Shown here: positions 19,473-27,637 of the stretch, piece after piece | How positions within the stretch are numbered: the first letter of the stretch is position 1 | Layout: the number at the start of each line of letters is the position of its first letter | Origin: Alphaproteobacteria bacterium | GTDB taxonomy: Bacteria > Pseudomonadota > Alphaproteobacteria > Rs-D84 | Direction: 5' to 3' | Assembly: GCA_017472065.1 (NCBI GenBank) | Contig: JAFURB010000003.1 | Coordinates: forward strand, 16,524-80,523 | DNA length: 64,000 bases | Program-made: the position numbers and the translations under genes | Notes under the pieces: generated by a model | Seen by the model: only the letters and a program-made list of their open reading frames with translations | Told to the model about the DNA's origin: nothing | Databases searched by the model: none

Positions 19473-19497
19473 GCCCCAGGAATCTGGGGACTTTTGT
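19473..19497. terminator. Hairpin/terminator between the CRISPR array and the cas1 start
   Basis: CCCCAG-GAAT-CTGGGG, with a T-rich tract on the plus strand (CTTTTGTG) and also on the minus strand (CTTTTATG). Confidence 0.45.
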
Positions 19498-19504
19498 GCT
19501 ATGG

Positions 19505-21786
19505 ATTATATCAGATTGGAATTAGATGTCTAGCCGCAACGTAGTTAAAACAAAGGAGTAAAAAATGAAAATTATATCAGATTGGAATTAGATGTCTAGC
19601 CGCAACTCGGCACGTGTGATGTATTCGTCCAATTCGATTATATCAGATTGGAATTAGATGTCTAGCCGCAACGTACAAGGCGTTTATATGGCTTAAAAAT
19701 GGATTATATCAGATTGGAATTAGATGTCTAGCCGCAACGTATATATGCACATTCGGCGGTGCTACTGGATTATATCAGATTGGAATTAGATGTCTAGCCG
19801 CAACGAATGCTTTCCCCGCCGTCGGGTTTCCATGATTATATCAGATTGGAATTAGATGTCTAGCCGCAACTGGAAGATTGGGAGCGCCACGGTTATAAAT
19901 ATTATATCAGATTGGAATTAGATGTCTAGCCGCAACAGTTGGAAATCCAACGTGAAGAAATGGAAGTATTATATCAGATTGGAATTAGATGTCTAGCCGC
20001 AACTTCAGTGGCACAGCCGCGCGCACGCCATGAATTATATCAGATTGGAATTAGATGTCTAGCCGCAACCTGCTTTTTAGTGTGTTGTAATCCGCGGAAA
20101 TTATATCAGATTGGAATTAGATGTCTAGCCGCAACTTTTTGAATAGATTGTAATAACAGATATTTATTATATCAGATTGGAATTAGATGTCTAGCCGCAA
20201 CAGTACCACCAAAGAGAAATCGTCCGGAAACATTATATCAGATTGGAATTAGATGTCTAGCCGCAACTTTGCAACAGTATGTCACAAGGCGCGGTTTATT
20301 ATATCAGATTGGAATTAGATGTCTAGCCGCAACTAGGGCGCGCCAGTTATTCAAATGAACCTTATTATATCAGATTGGAATTAGATGTCTAGCCGCAACG
20401 CCACGATACAGACCCCCGCGCCGGTGTGAATTATATCAGATTGGAATTAGATGTCTAGCCGCAACCGACACACACATTATTATATATAACACTGGATTAT
20501 ATCAGATTGGAATTAGATGTCTAGCCGCAACATCGCACGGCTTGCCTTTTCACTAAACACAATTATATCAGATTGGAATTAGATGTCTAGCCGCAACGGG
20601 TGACATTGTTGCACACCGTAAGCAATTATTATATCAGATTGGAATTAGATGTCTAGCCGCAACCAATTTACCGGCAATTTCAAATGCAATTTGATTATAT
20701 CAGATTGGAATTAGATGTCTAGCCGCAACTCCTTATGCTTGTGGCGGTGTTGTTGGTTTATTATATCAGATTGGAATTAGATGTCTAGCCGCAACATATA
20801 ATTTGTCCCCGTTATGATTTTCTTTATTATATCAGATTGGAATTAGATGTCTAGCCGCAACGGATTATACCAAAAGTCATGTCCATGTTCAATTATATCA
20901 GATTGGAATTAGATGTCTAGCCGCAACATTCTGGTGAAAAGTTCATTGTTTATACCCATTATATCAGATTGGAATTAGATGTCTAGCCGCAACGTTTCCC
21001 GCCACCAGATGAATAAAAATTTTATTATATCAGATTGGAATTAGATGTCTAGCCGCAACGACCTCAATCCCCACGTCCGTGGTATAACCATTATATCAGA
21101 TTGGAATTAGATGTCTAGCCGCAACATTTGCGTACGAACACGATTTGAACGGCAAATTATATCAGATTGGAATTAGATGTCTAGCCGCAACTGATAAATT
21201 GCATTCCAAACGGCGGTAAATATTATATCAGATTGGAATTAGATGTCTAGCCGCAACTAGCAATCTGGGGAGATAAAAACATTATTGATTATATCAGATT
21301 GGAATTAGATGTCTAGCCGCAACGATATAAAAACTTAGGAGCACTTGATTTCAATTATATCAGATTGGAATTAGATGTCTAGCCGCAACATACTGATATA
21401 TTAAAGTCGATTCTTAACTATTATATCAGATTGGAATTAGATGTCTAGCCGCAACACTGAGTTAGGTCTTATTACTTTAGATGAAAATTATATCAGATTG
21501 GAATTAGATGTCTAGCCGCAACAGGAACCGACTACTGTTATTCACTTGACATATTATATCAGATTGGAATTAGATGTCTAGCCGCAACATATCTTCAAAT
21601 GCCATCGCATCCTTAACCATTATATCAGATTGGAATTAGATGTCTAGCCGCAACGTTACAAATGATGATTGATGATGCTCATTAATTATATCAGATTGGA
21701 ATTAGATGTCTAGCCGCAACCTCTGGCATTATCTGCACCATCTACACACAATTATATCAGATTGGAATTAGATGTCTAGCCGCAAC
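19505..21786 (-). CRISPR. CRISPR array: 35 direct repeats of 36 bp and 34 spacers of 29-31 bp; crRNA inferred to be a minus-strand transcript
   Basis: Plus-strand repeat ATTATATCAGATTGGAATTAGATGTCTAGCCGCAAC, period ~66 bp, first repeat 19505-19540, last 21751-21786. In crRNA orientation the repeat is GTTGCGGCTAGACATCTAATTCCAATCTGATATAAT. Strand is inferred from the tracrRNA anti-repeat orientation. Confidence 0.95.
21751..21759 (-). promoter_or_regulatory. Representative intra-repeat extended -10 element (TGATATAAT) at the 3' end of each repeat in crRNA orientation
   Basis: On the minus strand each repeat ends ...CTGATATAAT, which is TGnTATAAT. This would start transcription a few nt into the adjacent spacer, as described for Neisseria and Campylobacter type II-C arrays. 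Confidence 0.5.
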
Positions 21787-21981
21787 CGCGATGGTGGTGG
21801 TCATGTGCATATCAAAACGGGTCATCCCCGTTCGTGGTTACGGGGATAGTAATTATTGGTTGTAATCTTATTATGCTTGTATTCATAATTATGTTCAAGT
21901 GTCTTTTATAAGATGATTTTCATATGATGGGTATCTTTATACCTCTTTTCTTTGTGTGAAATATATGATATAATACCAAAC

Positions 21982-22278
21982 ATGAGAAAGACAATATTGG
22001 CAATTTTATTGCTGGGGTTGACTGGATGTATGTCTGGGACACCCAATGGTGAATATGTGGATGCACCTGTGGAATGTGCGGGTGATTGTTCTGGGGTGAA
22101 TTTTTCCATGCCAAATGGAAATGACCTGAAACTGGAAACAGATCGTCATGTTGTACATGTAACGGCGGATCCAAACACAAATTATGCATACTATGTATGG
22201 ACGGGGGATAAATCATACGATGATGATCCCGACATCATGGTCGAAAATGGCGAAGCCTATGTATTAACTGTTGAATAA
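21982..22278 (+). CDS. Small lipoprotein (99 aa)
   Basis: MRKTILAILLLGLTGCMSG lipobox. Followed by a bidirectional terminator. Confidence 0.55.
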   Translation: MRKTILAILLLGLTGCMSGTPNGEYVDAPVECAGDCSGVNFSMPNGNDLKLETDRHVVHVTADPNTNYAYYVWTGDKSYDDDPDIMVENGEAYVLTVE

Positions 22279-22280
22279 AA

Positions 22281-22310
22281 ACAAAACCGCCGTTTGGCGG
22301 TTTATTTATG
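22281..22310. terminator. Bidirectional terminator
   Basis: AACCGCCG-TTTG-GCGGTTT flanked by A and T runs. Confidence 0.6.
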
Positions 22311-23463
22311 CGTTCTGTCCGGCAACGCGACCCGATGCCCATGCCCATTGCAGGTTAAAACCACCCAAATCGCCGGCGATATCTAAAACTTCGCCCACAA
22401 AGAATAAGCCTGGACAGATTTTTGATTCCATTGTTTTTGATGAAATATTGTCGGTTGAAACACCGCCGCGAACAATTTCTGCGCTTTGCAGATTGTGTAA
22501 TTTTATGTCATGCGTATCAATGTGCATATTGTTGATATTGTTTGCGATTGCGCGAATTTCCGTATCACGCCAATCGGCGATATTACGCGTGTCGGCATGT
22601 GAAAAATATTTGGCGATGCGTACTGGTAAATGCTCGGCCAATATGGTTGAAATATTGCGTTTTCCATTTTTTTGTTTTGCATCTTTTAGTGCTGAAAAAA
22701 TATCACAATCCGGACACAGATTTATTGTGATGCCGTTTGATAAATCACGAACACTGGCACGATACACGACCGGTCCGCCAATACCAAAATGCGTGAATAA
22801 CATATTGTCGCGAATTTTTTCACGGCCAACGGATATTTCTGCTTTTATTGAAATGCCGGCCATATCTGCGCCAAATATCGGCACCGCCATTGCACACAGG
22901 GCTGGTCGCACCGGTACAATTTCATGGCCGAATTGTTTCGCGATTTTATATCCAGTGTCCGATACACCCAATGTGCCAAACGATATGCCACCCGTTGCCA
23001 CGATGATGGATTTAGAACAAAATTCTGTGCCATTTGCAACAACGATAAATTCTTCACTGCGTTTATTAACATTATTTACATTATGGTTGAATTTAATATC
23101 TGCGCCCATGGCATCGCGCCCCAGGGCGTCAACAACCGCATCCGCGCCGTCGGCACAAAAATATCGTCCAGGCTCTTTTTCATATAACTTTAATTTGTGT
23201 CGTTCGCACCATTTTAAGATGTCGGTGGGGCCGACCCGGCTTAGTGCGCCACGAACAAAGTTTGGATTTTTTCCAAAATATCGTGTGGCCCCGGCGGCCA
23301 TATTTGTAATGTTGCATTTGCCACCACCGGATGCGGCAACCTTGCGTGCGGGGGATGCGCCCATATCCAGAACCAGAACGCGCCGACCACGCGTTACCAA
23401 TTCACCCGCCGCCGCCAATCCTGCGGCCCCCGCGCCAATAATAATTACATCATACTGTTTCAT
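22306..23463 (-). CDS. FAD-dependent oxidoreductase, HI0933/BaiN-like flavoprotein (385 aa)
   Basis: MKQYDVIIIGAGAAGLAAAGEL Rossmann dinucleotide-binding motif. Length and C-terminal GxxxxG region fit the HI0933 family. The 420-aa plus-strand ORF over the same region is antisense and spurious. Confidence 0.8.
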   Translation of the reverse strand: MKQYDVIIIGAGAAGLAAAGELVTRGRRVLVLDMGASPARKVAASGGGKCNITNMAAGATRYFGKNPNFVRGALSRVGPTDILKWCERHKLKLYEKEPGRYFCADGADAVVDALGRDAMGADIKFNHNVNNVNKRSEEFIVVANGTEFCSKSIIVATGGISFGTLGVSDTGYKIAKQFGHEIVPVRPALCAMAVPIFGADMAGISIKAEISVGREKIRDNMLFTHFGIGGPVVYRASVRDLSNGITINLCPDCDIFSALKDAKQKNGKRNISTILAEHLPVRIAKYFSHADTRNIADWRDTEIRAIANNINNMHIDTHDIKLHNLQSAEIVRGGVSTDNISSKTMESKICPGLFFVGEVLDIAGDLGGFNLQWAWASGRVAGQNA

Positions 23464-23466
23464 ATG

Positions 23467-23997
23467 TTATCTTTTTCGTACGACATTATCTTGTACATGT
23501 GTAATTAATTTTAGCATATTTTTATCCGGATAACGATTGATTATTTCGTCGATGTTGTCTTGGATTTCTTGGTCTGCGATACGCAAAATATCACCCATTG
23601 TTAATGGTTGTTCGATTTCGATATGCCATGCGCCACATTGATACAGTTTGTTTTTGTCGTTGCACCGTTGCTTATGAACCGGGGACAGTGGCTTGATTTC
23701 AAAGAAATACATTTCATGCCATGGTGTAATATCGCCCATCCCGACATAGTACCACATCAACAAATCAATTGCATTGTCAGTGAAATGAATCATTGGTATT
23801 TCTGTCTGCAGTGTTATTCCCGGTTGTGGGATGCCTGATTTTGAATACTGTTTACACCAATCAAACAGTCGTCCCCGTGAAACAAATCGCTGGCCGGGGT
23901 AAATTTCATCAATGTCTAATATGTTGTATGTTTGTGCAAAGTGAGAATTGTGCACAGTAATCATCTTAAAAAAACGCGGATAGTCTAAGTTTTTCAT
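23467..23997 (-). CDS. Hypothetical protein (176 aa)
   Basis: ORF co-oriented with and 3 bp upstream of the oxidoreductase. No assignable motif. Confidence 0.45.
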   Translation of the reverse strand: MKNLDYPRFFKMITVHNSHFAQTYNILDIDEIYPGQRFVSRGRLFDWCKQYSKSGIPQPGITLQTEIPMIHFTDNAIDLLMWYYVGMGDITPWHEMYFFEIKPLSPVHKQRCNDKNKLYQCGAWHIEIEQPLTMGDILRIADQEIQDNIDEIINRYPDKNMLKLITHVQDNVVRKR

Positions 23998-24102
23998 TGC
24001 AACAATGTTACCCCATGTTTATGGTTTGTCAACATGAAAAAAGATTCTTTTTCGCGCTTGCAATTATTTTCAGGATTCTATATAATAGCCAACGCACACC
24101 AC

Positions 24103-24190
24103 GGAGCGTTGGCAGAGTGGTAATGCAGCAGATTGCTAATCTGTGACCGGTATTATCGGTCCATAGGTTCGAGTCCTATACGCTCCGCCA
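24103..24190 (+). tRNA. tRNA-Ser (anticodon GCU)
   Basis: Manual fold: acceptor GGAGCGT/ACGCTCC, anticodon stem GCAGA/TCTGT with loop TTGCTAA, long variable arm, T-arm ATAGG-TTCGAGT-CCTAT, encoded CCA. Total 88 nt. Confidence 0.85.
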
Positions 24191-24197
24191 TAAAAAT

Positions 24198-24229
24198 TCA
24201 ACCGACCATCTGGTCGGTTTAATTTTTAT
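24198..24229 (+). terminator. Terminator after tRNA-Ser(GCU)
   Basis: AACCGACCA-TC-TGGTCGGTT followed by TAATTTTTAT. Confidence 0.65.
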
Positions 24230-24234
24230 AACGG

Positions 24235-24375
24235 AAAGTAGGGCGAGAACCGTAAAAGGTTCGATACGGAGTAGATTTGGGCAGCAACGCGCCCCCAAAT
24301 CGTTACGAGTGGAGAATCCTGTCCCCTTAGCGCCCGTCACCGAATTGGGGCTTGAAAGCAGAGGTGTAAATATCG
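24235..24375. other. GC-rich segment immediately downstream of tRNA-Ser(GCU); possible ncRNA or an old att remnant
   Basis: About 55% GC with short stems (GGGCAGCAACGCGCCCC, GGGGCTTGAAAGCAGAGG). No family recognised. Confidence 0.2.
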
Positions 24376-24388
24376 CACAATTAGCCGC

Positions 24389-24416
24389 TTGACAAAATGT
24401 AGTTTTGTGTTATATT
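24389..24416 (+). promoter_or_regulatory. Sigma70-like promoter for the HNH endonuclease gene
   Basis: TTGACA (24389-24394), 16-nt spacer, TATATT (24411-24416). Confidence 0.4.
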
Positions 24417-24433
24417 TAGCTGTGAGGTTAAAA

Positions 24434-25324
24434 TTGTTGTCTAATAAAAAGCGATTGACGTGGAAAGAAATCAATAAATTGATTAAAGAAACTTATGGCA
24501 GTTGTCATGAGATACGTTGGCGTGTTATGCATTGTGAACCGTATCTAAAACTGTTAAAAAAGGCAAAAAAACATGGACAGCAAGAAAACACAAAGCAGTA
24601 CTATCTTATCCCACCTTTGCTGGGGGGAACAGAAAAAATTTGGTTAACAGAAACAGAGCATGTAGAACAGTTAAGAATCTGGAGAAAGCTATTTCCAACA
24701 TGGGCGCGTTTTTATCAAAAAAACCTTTCTGATGCTTATCGGTATTATAAATTGCGTATGGACGAATTAAAAGCGCATCCAGAATATTGTAAAATTATCA
24801 AGATAGGATTGTCGAGAAAAAAAGAACGAGTGCCAGGATACGATTTGCATCACATTGTTCCTAAATGTTTAGGAGGTTTCGATATCCCTGAAAATACAGT
24901 GTTGCTCTCGCATCAAGAACACATTATGTGTCATGAAATTTTGTGTCAAATATATCCAAATGAAAATGGTTTGCAATATTGTTTTGACTTAATGACAAAT
25001 AAACCACAAAAAATATTTGACAGATTGCAGGCTGATGCATACAAGTCAGTTAGTTTAGATGATTTGAGACAATTGTTGCACGAATACGAACATACCGTAT
25101 GGCTTTACAACAAAGAGTGTGATACTACCAAGAATGTGATTTTAGGTCAAATGAAAAGGTTTGAAAGGGTCGTCAAGGCCAATGTTGAATCTAATAATAG
25201 TGTTTATGAGATGTGGTGGTTGTTTTTAGGACTTCCTGTATTCTTTGTGATGTTTGCACCAATTTTTATAGTCGTGATAATAGTGCTTGGTTTGTCAAAA
25301 CTAATAGACTCGTACCGTGCATAA
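24434..25324 (+). CDS. HNH endonuclease with a C-terminal transmembrane helix
   Basis: HNH motif GYDLHHIVPKCLGGFDIPENTVLLSHQEHIMCHE. C-terminal hydrophobic segment WWLFLGLPVFFVMFAPIFIVVIIVLGL. The track ORF begins at 24389 on a TTG that overlaps the -35 box; I propose the TTG at 24434, 6 nt after GAGG. The start is uncertain. Confidence 0.6.
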   Translation: MLSNKKRLTWKEINKLIKETYGSCHEIRWRVMHCEPYLKLLKKAKKHGQQENTKQYYLIPPLLGGTEKIWLTETEHVEQLRIWRKLFPTWARFYQKNLSDAYRYYKLRMDELKAHPEYCKIIKIGLSRKKERVPGYDLHHIVPKCLGGFDIPENTVLLSHQEHIMCHEILCQIYPNENGLQYCFDLMTNKPQKIFDRLQADAYKSVSLDDLRQLLHEYEHTVWLYNKECDTTKNVILGQMKRFERVVKANVESNNSVYEMWWLFLGLPVFFVMFAPIFIVVIIVLGLSKLIDSYRA

Positions 25325-25511
25325 ATCACATTTTTCTTTGTCTTGACTTTATCGTGCGTGCTGTGTCACAATGCGGATATGACAATACGTTTTATTAATT
25401 TTTACTGTTGTTGTTAATTATTGCTTTTTTTTAAGCAAACTTATTTTGTTTGCATTTCAATTACCTGTTTACTAAACTCTACACAAGAATTTTAACAAAG
25501 GAAGAACGCAT

Positions 25512-26945
25512 ATGACACTGAAAGTATATAATGTTATGACCCGACAAAAGCAAGAATTTAAGCCTTTAACCCCAGGGGCGGTAAAAATGTATGCGTGTGG
25601 TATTACTGTGTCGGCGGATGCACACATTGGCCATGCGTACCAGTCTGTGGCATTTGATGTTATTACACGTTATTTGCGTTATCGTGGTTATGATGTTAAA
25701 TACGTCCGTAACTATACCGATGTTGATGATAAAATTATCGCCAATGCAAACGCAATCGGCGCAGATCCTATTGAATTTGCCGAAAAGAATATTGCCAAGA
25801 CCGATGCAGAAATGGCGGCACTGGGGAACGAAAATCCAACCATTATGGCGCGTGCCACGCATTGCATTGATGACATTATCGCATTTGTCCAAAAATTAAT
25901 TGATTCAGGTCACGCATACGCATCTGAATTTGGCGATGTTTATTTTAAGTTAGACAGTTTCCCACAATATGGCAAACTGTCGCATATCCAGACCAATAAA
26001 AACGAAACCGGTGTTCGTAAATCTGTTGAGCCAGGAAAATTAAACGATGGTGATTTTGCGTTATGGAAGTCTGCCAAACCGGGCGAGGTTTCTTGGGCTT
26101 CGCCATGGGGGGCGGGTCGTCCTGGTTGGCATATTGAATGCAGTGCGATGAACATGAAATATCTGGGGGACCAGATTGATATTCATGGTGGTGGTCGTGA
26201 TTTGGTATTCCCACATCATGAAAATGAAATCGCCCAGACCGAGGCCCTGACCGGAAAAACATTTGCACAATACTGGATTCATTGTGGTCTGGTCAAAGTT
26301 AATGGCCAAAAGATGAGTAAGTCATTGGGTAATGGTATCCTGTTACAGGATGTTTTGGCAAAATATGATGCCGATGTAATTCGTTTTGCGTTATTGCGGA
26401 ACACTTATTCAACAGACATCGACATCACAGATAACTTTTTCCCGGATGCTGTGCGTCACATATACAAAATGTATTCTGTGATACGCGATGTAAACGCGCG
26501 CACATTTGATGGTGCGAATTCGGCCAAAACCGCGGAAATGATTGAAAAAATTGTCGCTGAATTTGAAACTTCGATGGATGATAACTTTAACACATCGGGC
26601 GTGACGGCATCGTTGTTCAGTTGGTTTAACTTTATCACGGCGGAACTAGCCAAAAAGACCACGGAATATGACCTGGCTGCCATTATTGCCAAGATTGTTG
26701 AATTGATGTCTGTGTTAAATATTTTACAGGCCAATCCGTCACAGTATATTGCCACGGCCCAGAATAAAATCTTGGCGGCGAATGGCGTGACAGTGGCTGA
26801 AATTGAATCTGCGATTGCCGACCGTGCATCGGCCAAGGCAAACAAGGACTGGACGGTCGCTGATGCAATTCGAAACAATATGTCATCACGCGGGATTGTA
26901 TTTCGTGATGGGCCAAACGGCACGACATGGGATGTTGTTCTGTGA
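25512..26945 (+). CDS. cysS: Cysteinyl-tRNA synthetase
   Basis: HIGH motif (ADAHIGHAYQSVAFDVITRYLRYRGYDV) and KMSKSLGN motif; 477 aa. Confidence 0.9.
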   Translation: MTLKVYNVMTRQKQEFKPLTPGAVKMYACGITVSADAHIGHAYQSVAFDVITRYLRYRGYDVKYVRNYTDVDDKIIANANAIGADPIEFAEKNIAKTDAEMAALGNENPTIMARATHCIDDIIAFVQKLIDSGHAYASEFGDVYFKLDSFPQYGKLSHIQTNKNETGVRKSVEPGKLNDGDFALWKSAKPGEVSWASPWGAGRPGWHIECSAMNMKYLGDQIDIHGGGRDLVFPHHENEIAQTEALTGKTFAQYWIHCGLVKVNGQKMSKSLGNGILLQDVLAKYDADVIRFALLRNTYSTDIDITDNFFPDAVRHIYKMYSVIRDVNARTFDGANSAKTAEMIEKIVAEFETSMDDNFNTSGVTASLFSWFNFITAELAKKTTEYDLAAIIAKIVELMSVLNILQANPSQYIATAQNKILAANGVTVAEIESAIADRASAKANKDWTVADAIRNNMSSRGIVFRDGPNGTTWDVVL

Positions 26946-27051
26946 TGGCGCGTTTTGAAAAAATACATACAATAAAAAAATAATAAAAATCGGTTGAAAT
27001 TGGGGTAATATTGGTGTATATTACCCCCCGTAATTACAAGAGGAAATTTCC

Positions 27052-27603
27052 ATGAACTATCCATATATGCCAAAATCTACTGCCTTGTGGCTGATTGAAA
27101 ATACCGCATTAACATTTGAACAAATCGCAGATTTCTGCGGCATGCATGAATTAGAGGTAAAAAGTATTGCCGATGCAGAAACATATAAAATTCAACCATT
27201 AAACCCGGTTCTAAGTGGACAATTAACACGCGAAGATATTGAAAAATGCGAAGCGGATGCGTCTGCGCGCCTGACATTGCGTGATGAAATTGTTGCCGCC
27301 CAGAACAAACAGAACAAGCGCGGCGTTGGCTATACACCAAAATTACATCGTCAAAATCGTCTGGGTGGTATTTTGTGGATTTTGAAAAATTATCCAGAAT
27401 TATCAGACGGCCAGGTTGCCCGCCTGATGCGTAGTACAAACCCAACGGTTGCATCTGTTCGCAATAAGACACACAATTCATATTCTTTGATTCAGATTCA
27501 AAGTCCAATTGTGTTAGGGTTGGTTTCTGAGTCTGCGATTCATGATGCCGTGGCCAAGGCGCAACGCGCGGCCAGCAAACCTGCAAAAAAGAAGAAAAAA
27601 TAA
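27052..27603 (+). CDS. DUF1013-like protein (alphaproteobacterial family commonly found upstream of rpoD)
   Basis: N-terminus ...MPKSTALWLIENTALTFEQIADFCGMHELEVKSIADAE resembles the conserved DUF1013 N-terminal region. Position is directly upstream of rpoD. Confidence 0.55.
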   Translation: MNYPYMPKSTALWLIENTALTFEQIADFCGMHELEVKSIADAETYKIQPLNPVLSGQLTREDIEKCEADASARLTLRDEIVAAQNKQNKRGVGYTPKLHRQNRLGGILWILKNYPELSDGQVARLMRSTNPTVASVRNKTHNSYSLIQIQSPIVLGLVSESAIHDAVAKAQRAASKPAKKKKK

Positions 27604-27637
27604 TAATTTCAACACATTAACAAACTGCAAAGGTTGA

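Noticed and set aside
19541-19570. Spacer 1 (GTAGTTAAAACAAAGGAGTAAAAAATGAAA) as a possible self-targeting spacer against the RBS/start region near 29764-29790
   Set aside because: Only about 13 contiguous nt (AAAGGAGTAAAAA) match, and that stretch is essentially a generic RBS plus start context. There is no evidence of self-targeting.
19939-20142. 67-aa ORF inside the CRISPR array
   Set aside because: It is produced by the periodic repeat sequence; its translation repeats YQIGIRCLAAT.
21787-21950. Hairpin CATCCCCGTTCGTGGTTACGGGGATAG beyond the last repeat as a tracrRNA candidate
   Set aside because: It has no anti-repeat complementarity. The real anti-repeat and terminator are upstream of cas9 (14358-14465). 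The hairpin lies in the AT-rich leader-side flank of the array.
22271-23533. 420-aa plus-strand ORF
   Set aside because: It is entirely antisense to the well-supported FAD-oxidoreductase gene (Rossmann motif at the N-terminus, consistent length). Its translation is low-complexity (Ala/Pro/Arg-rich), as expected for the antisense strand of a gene.
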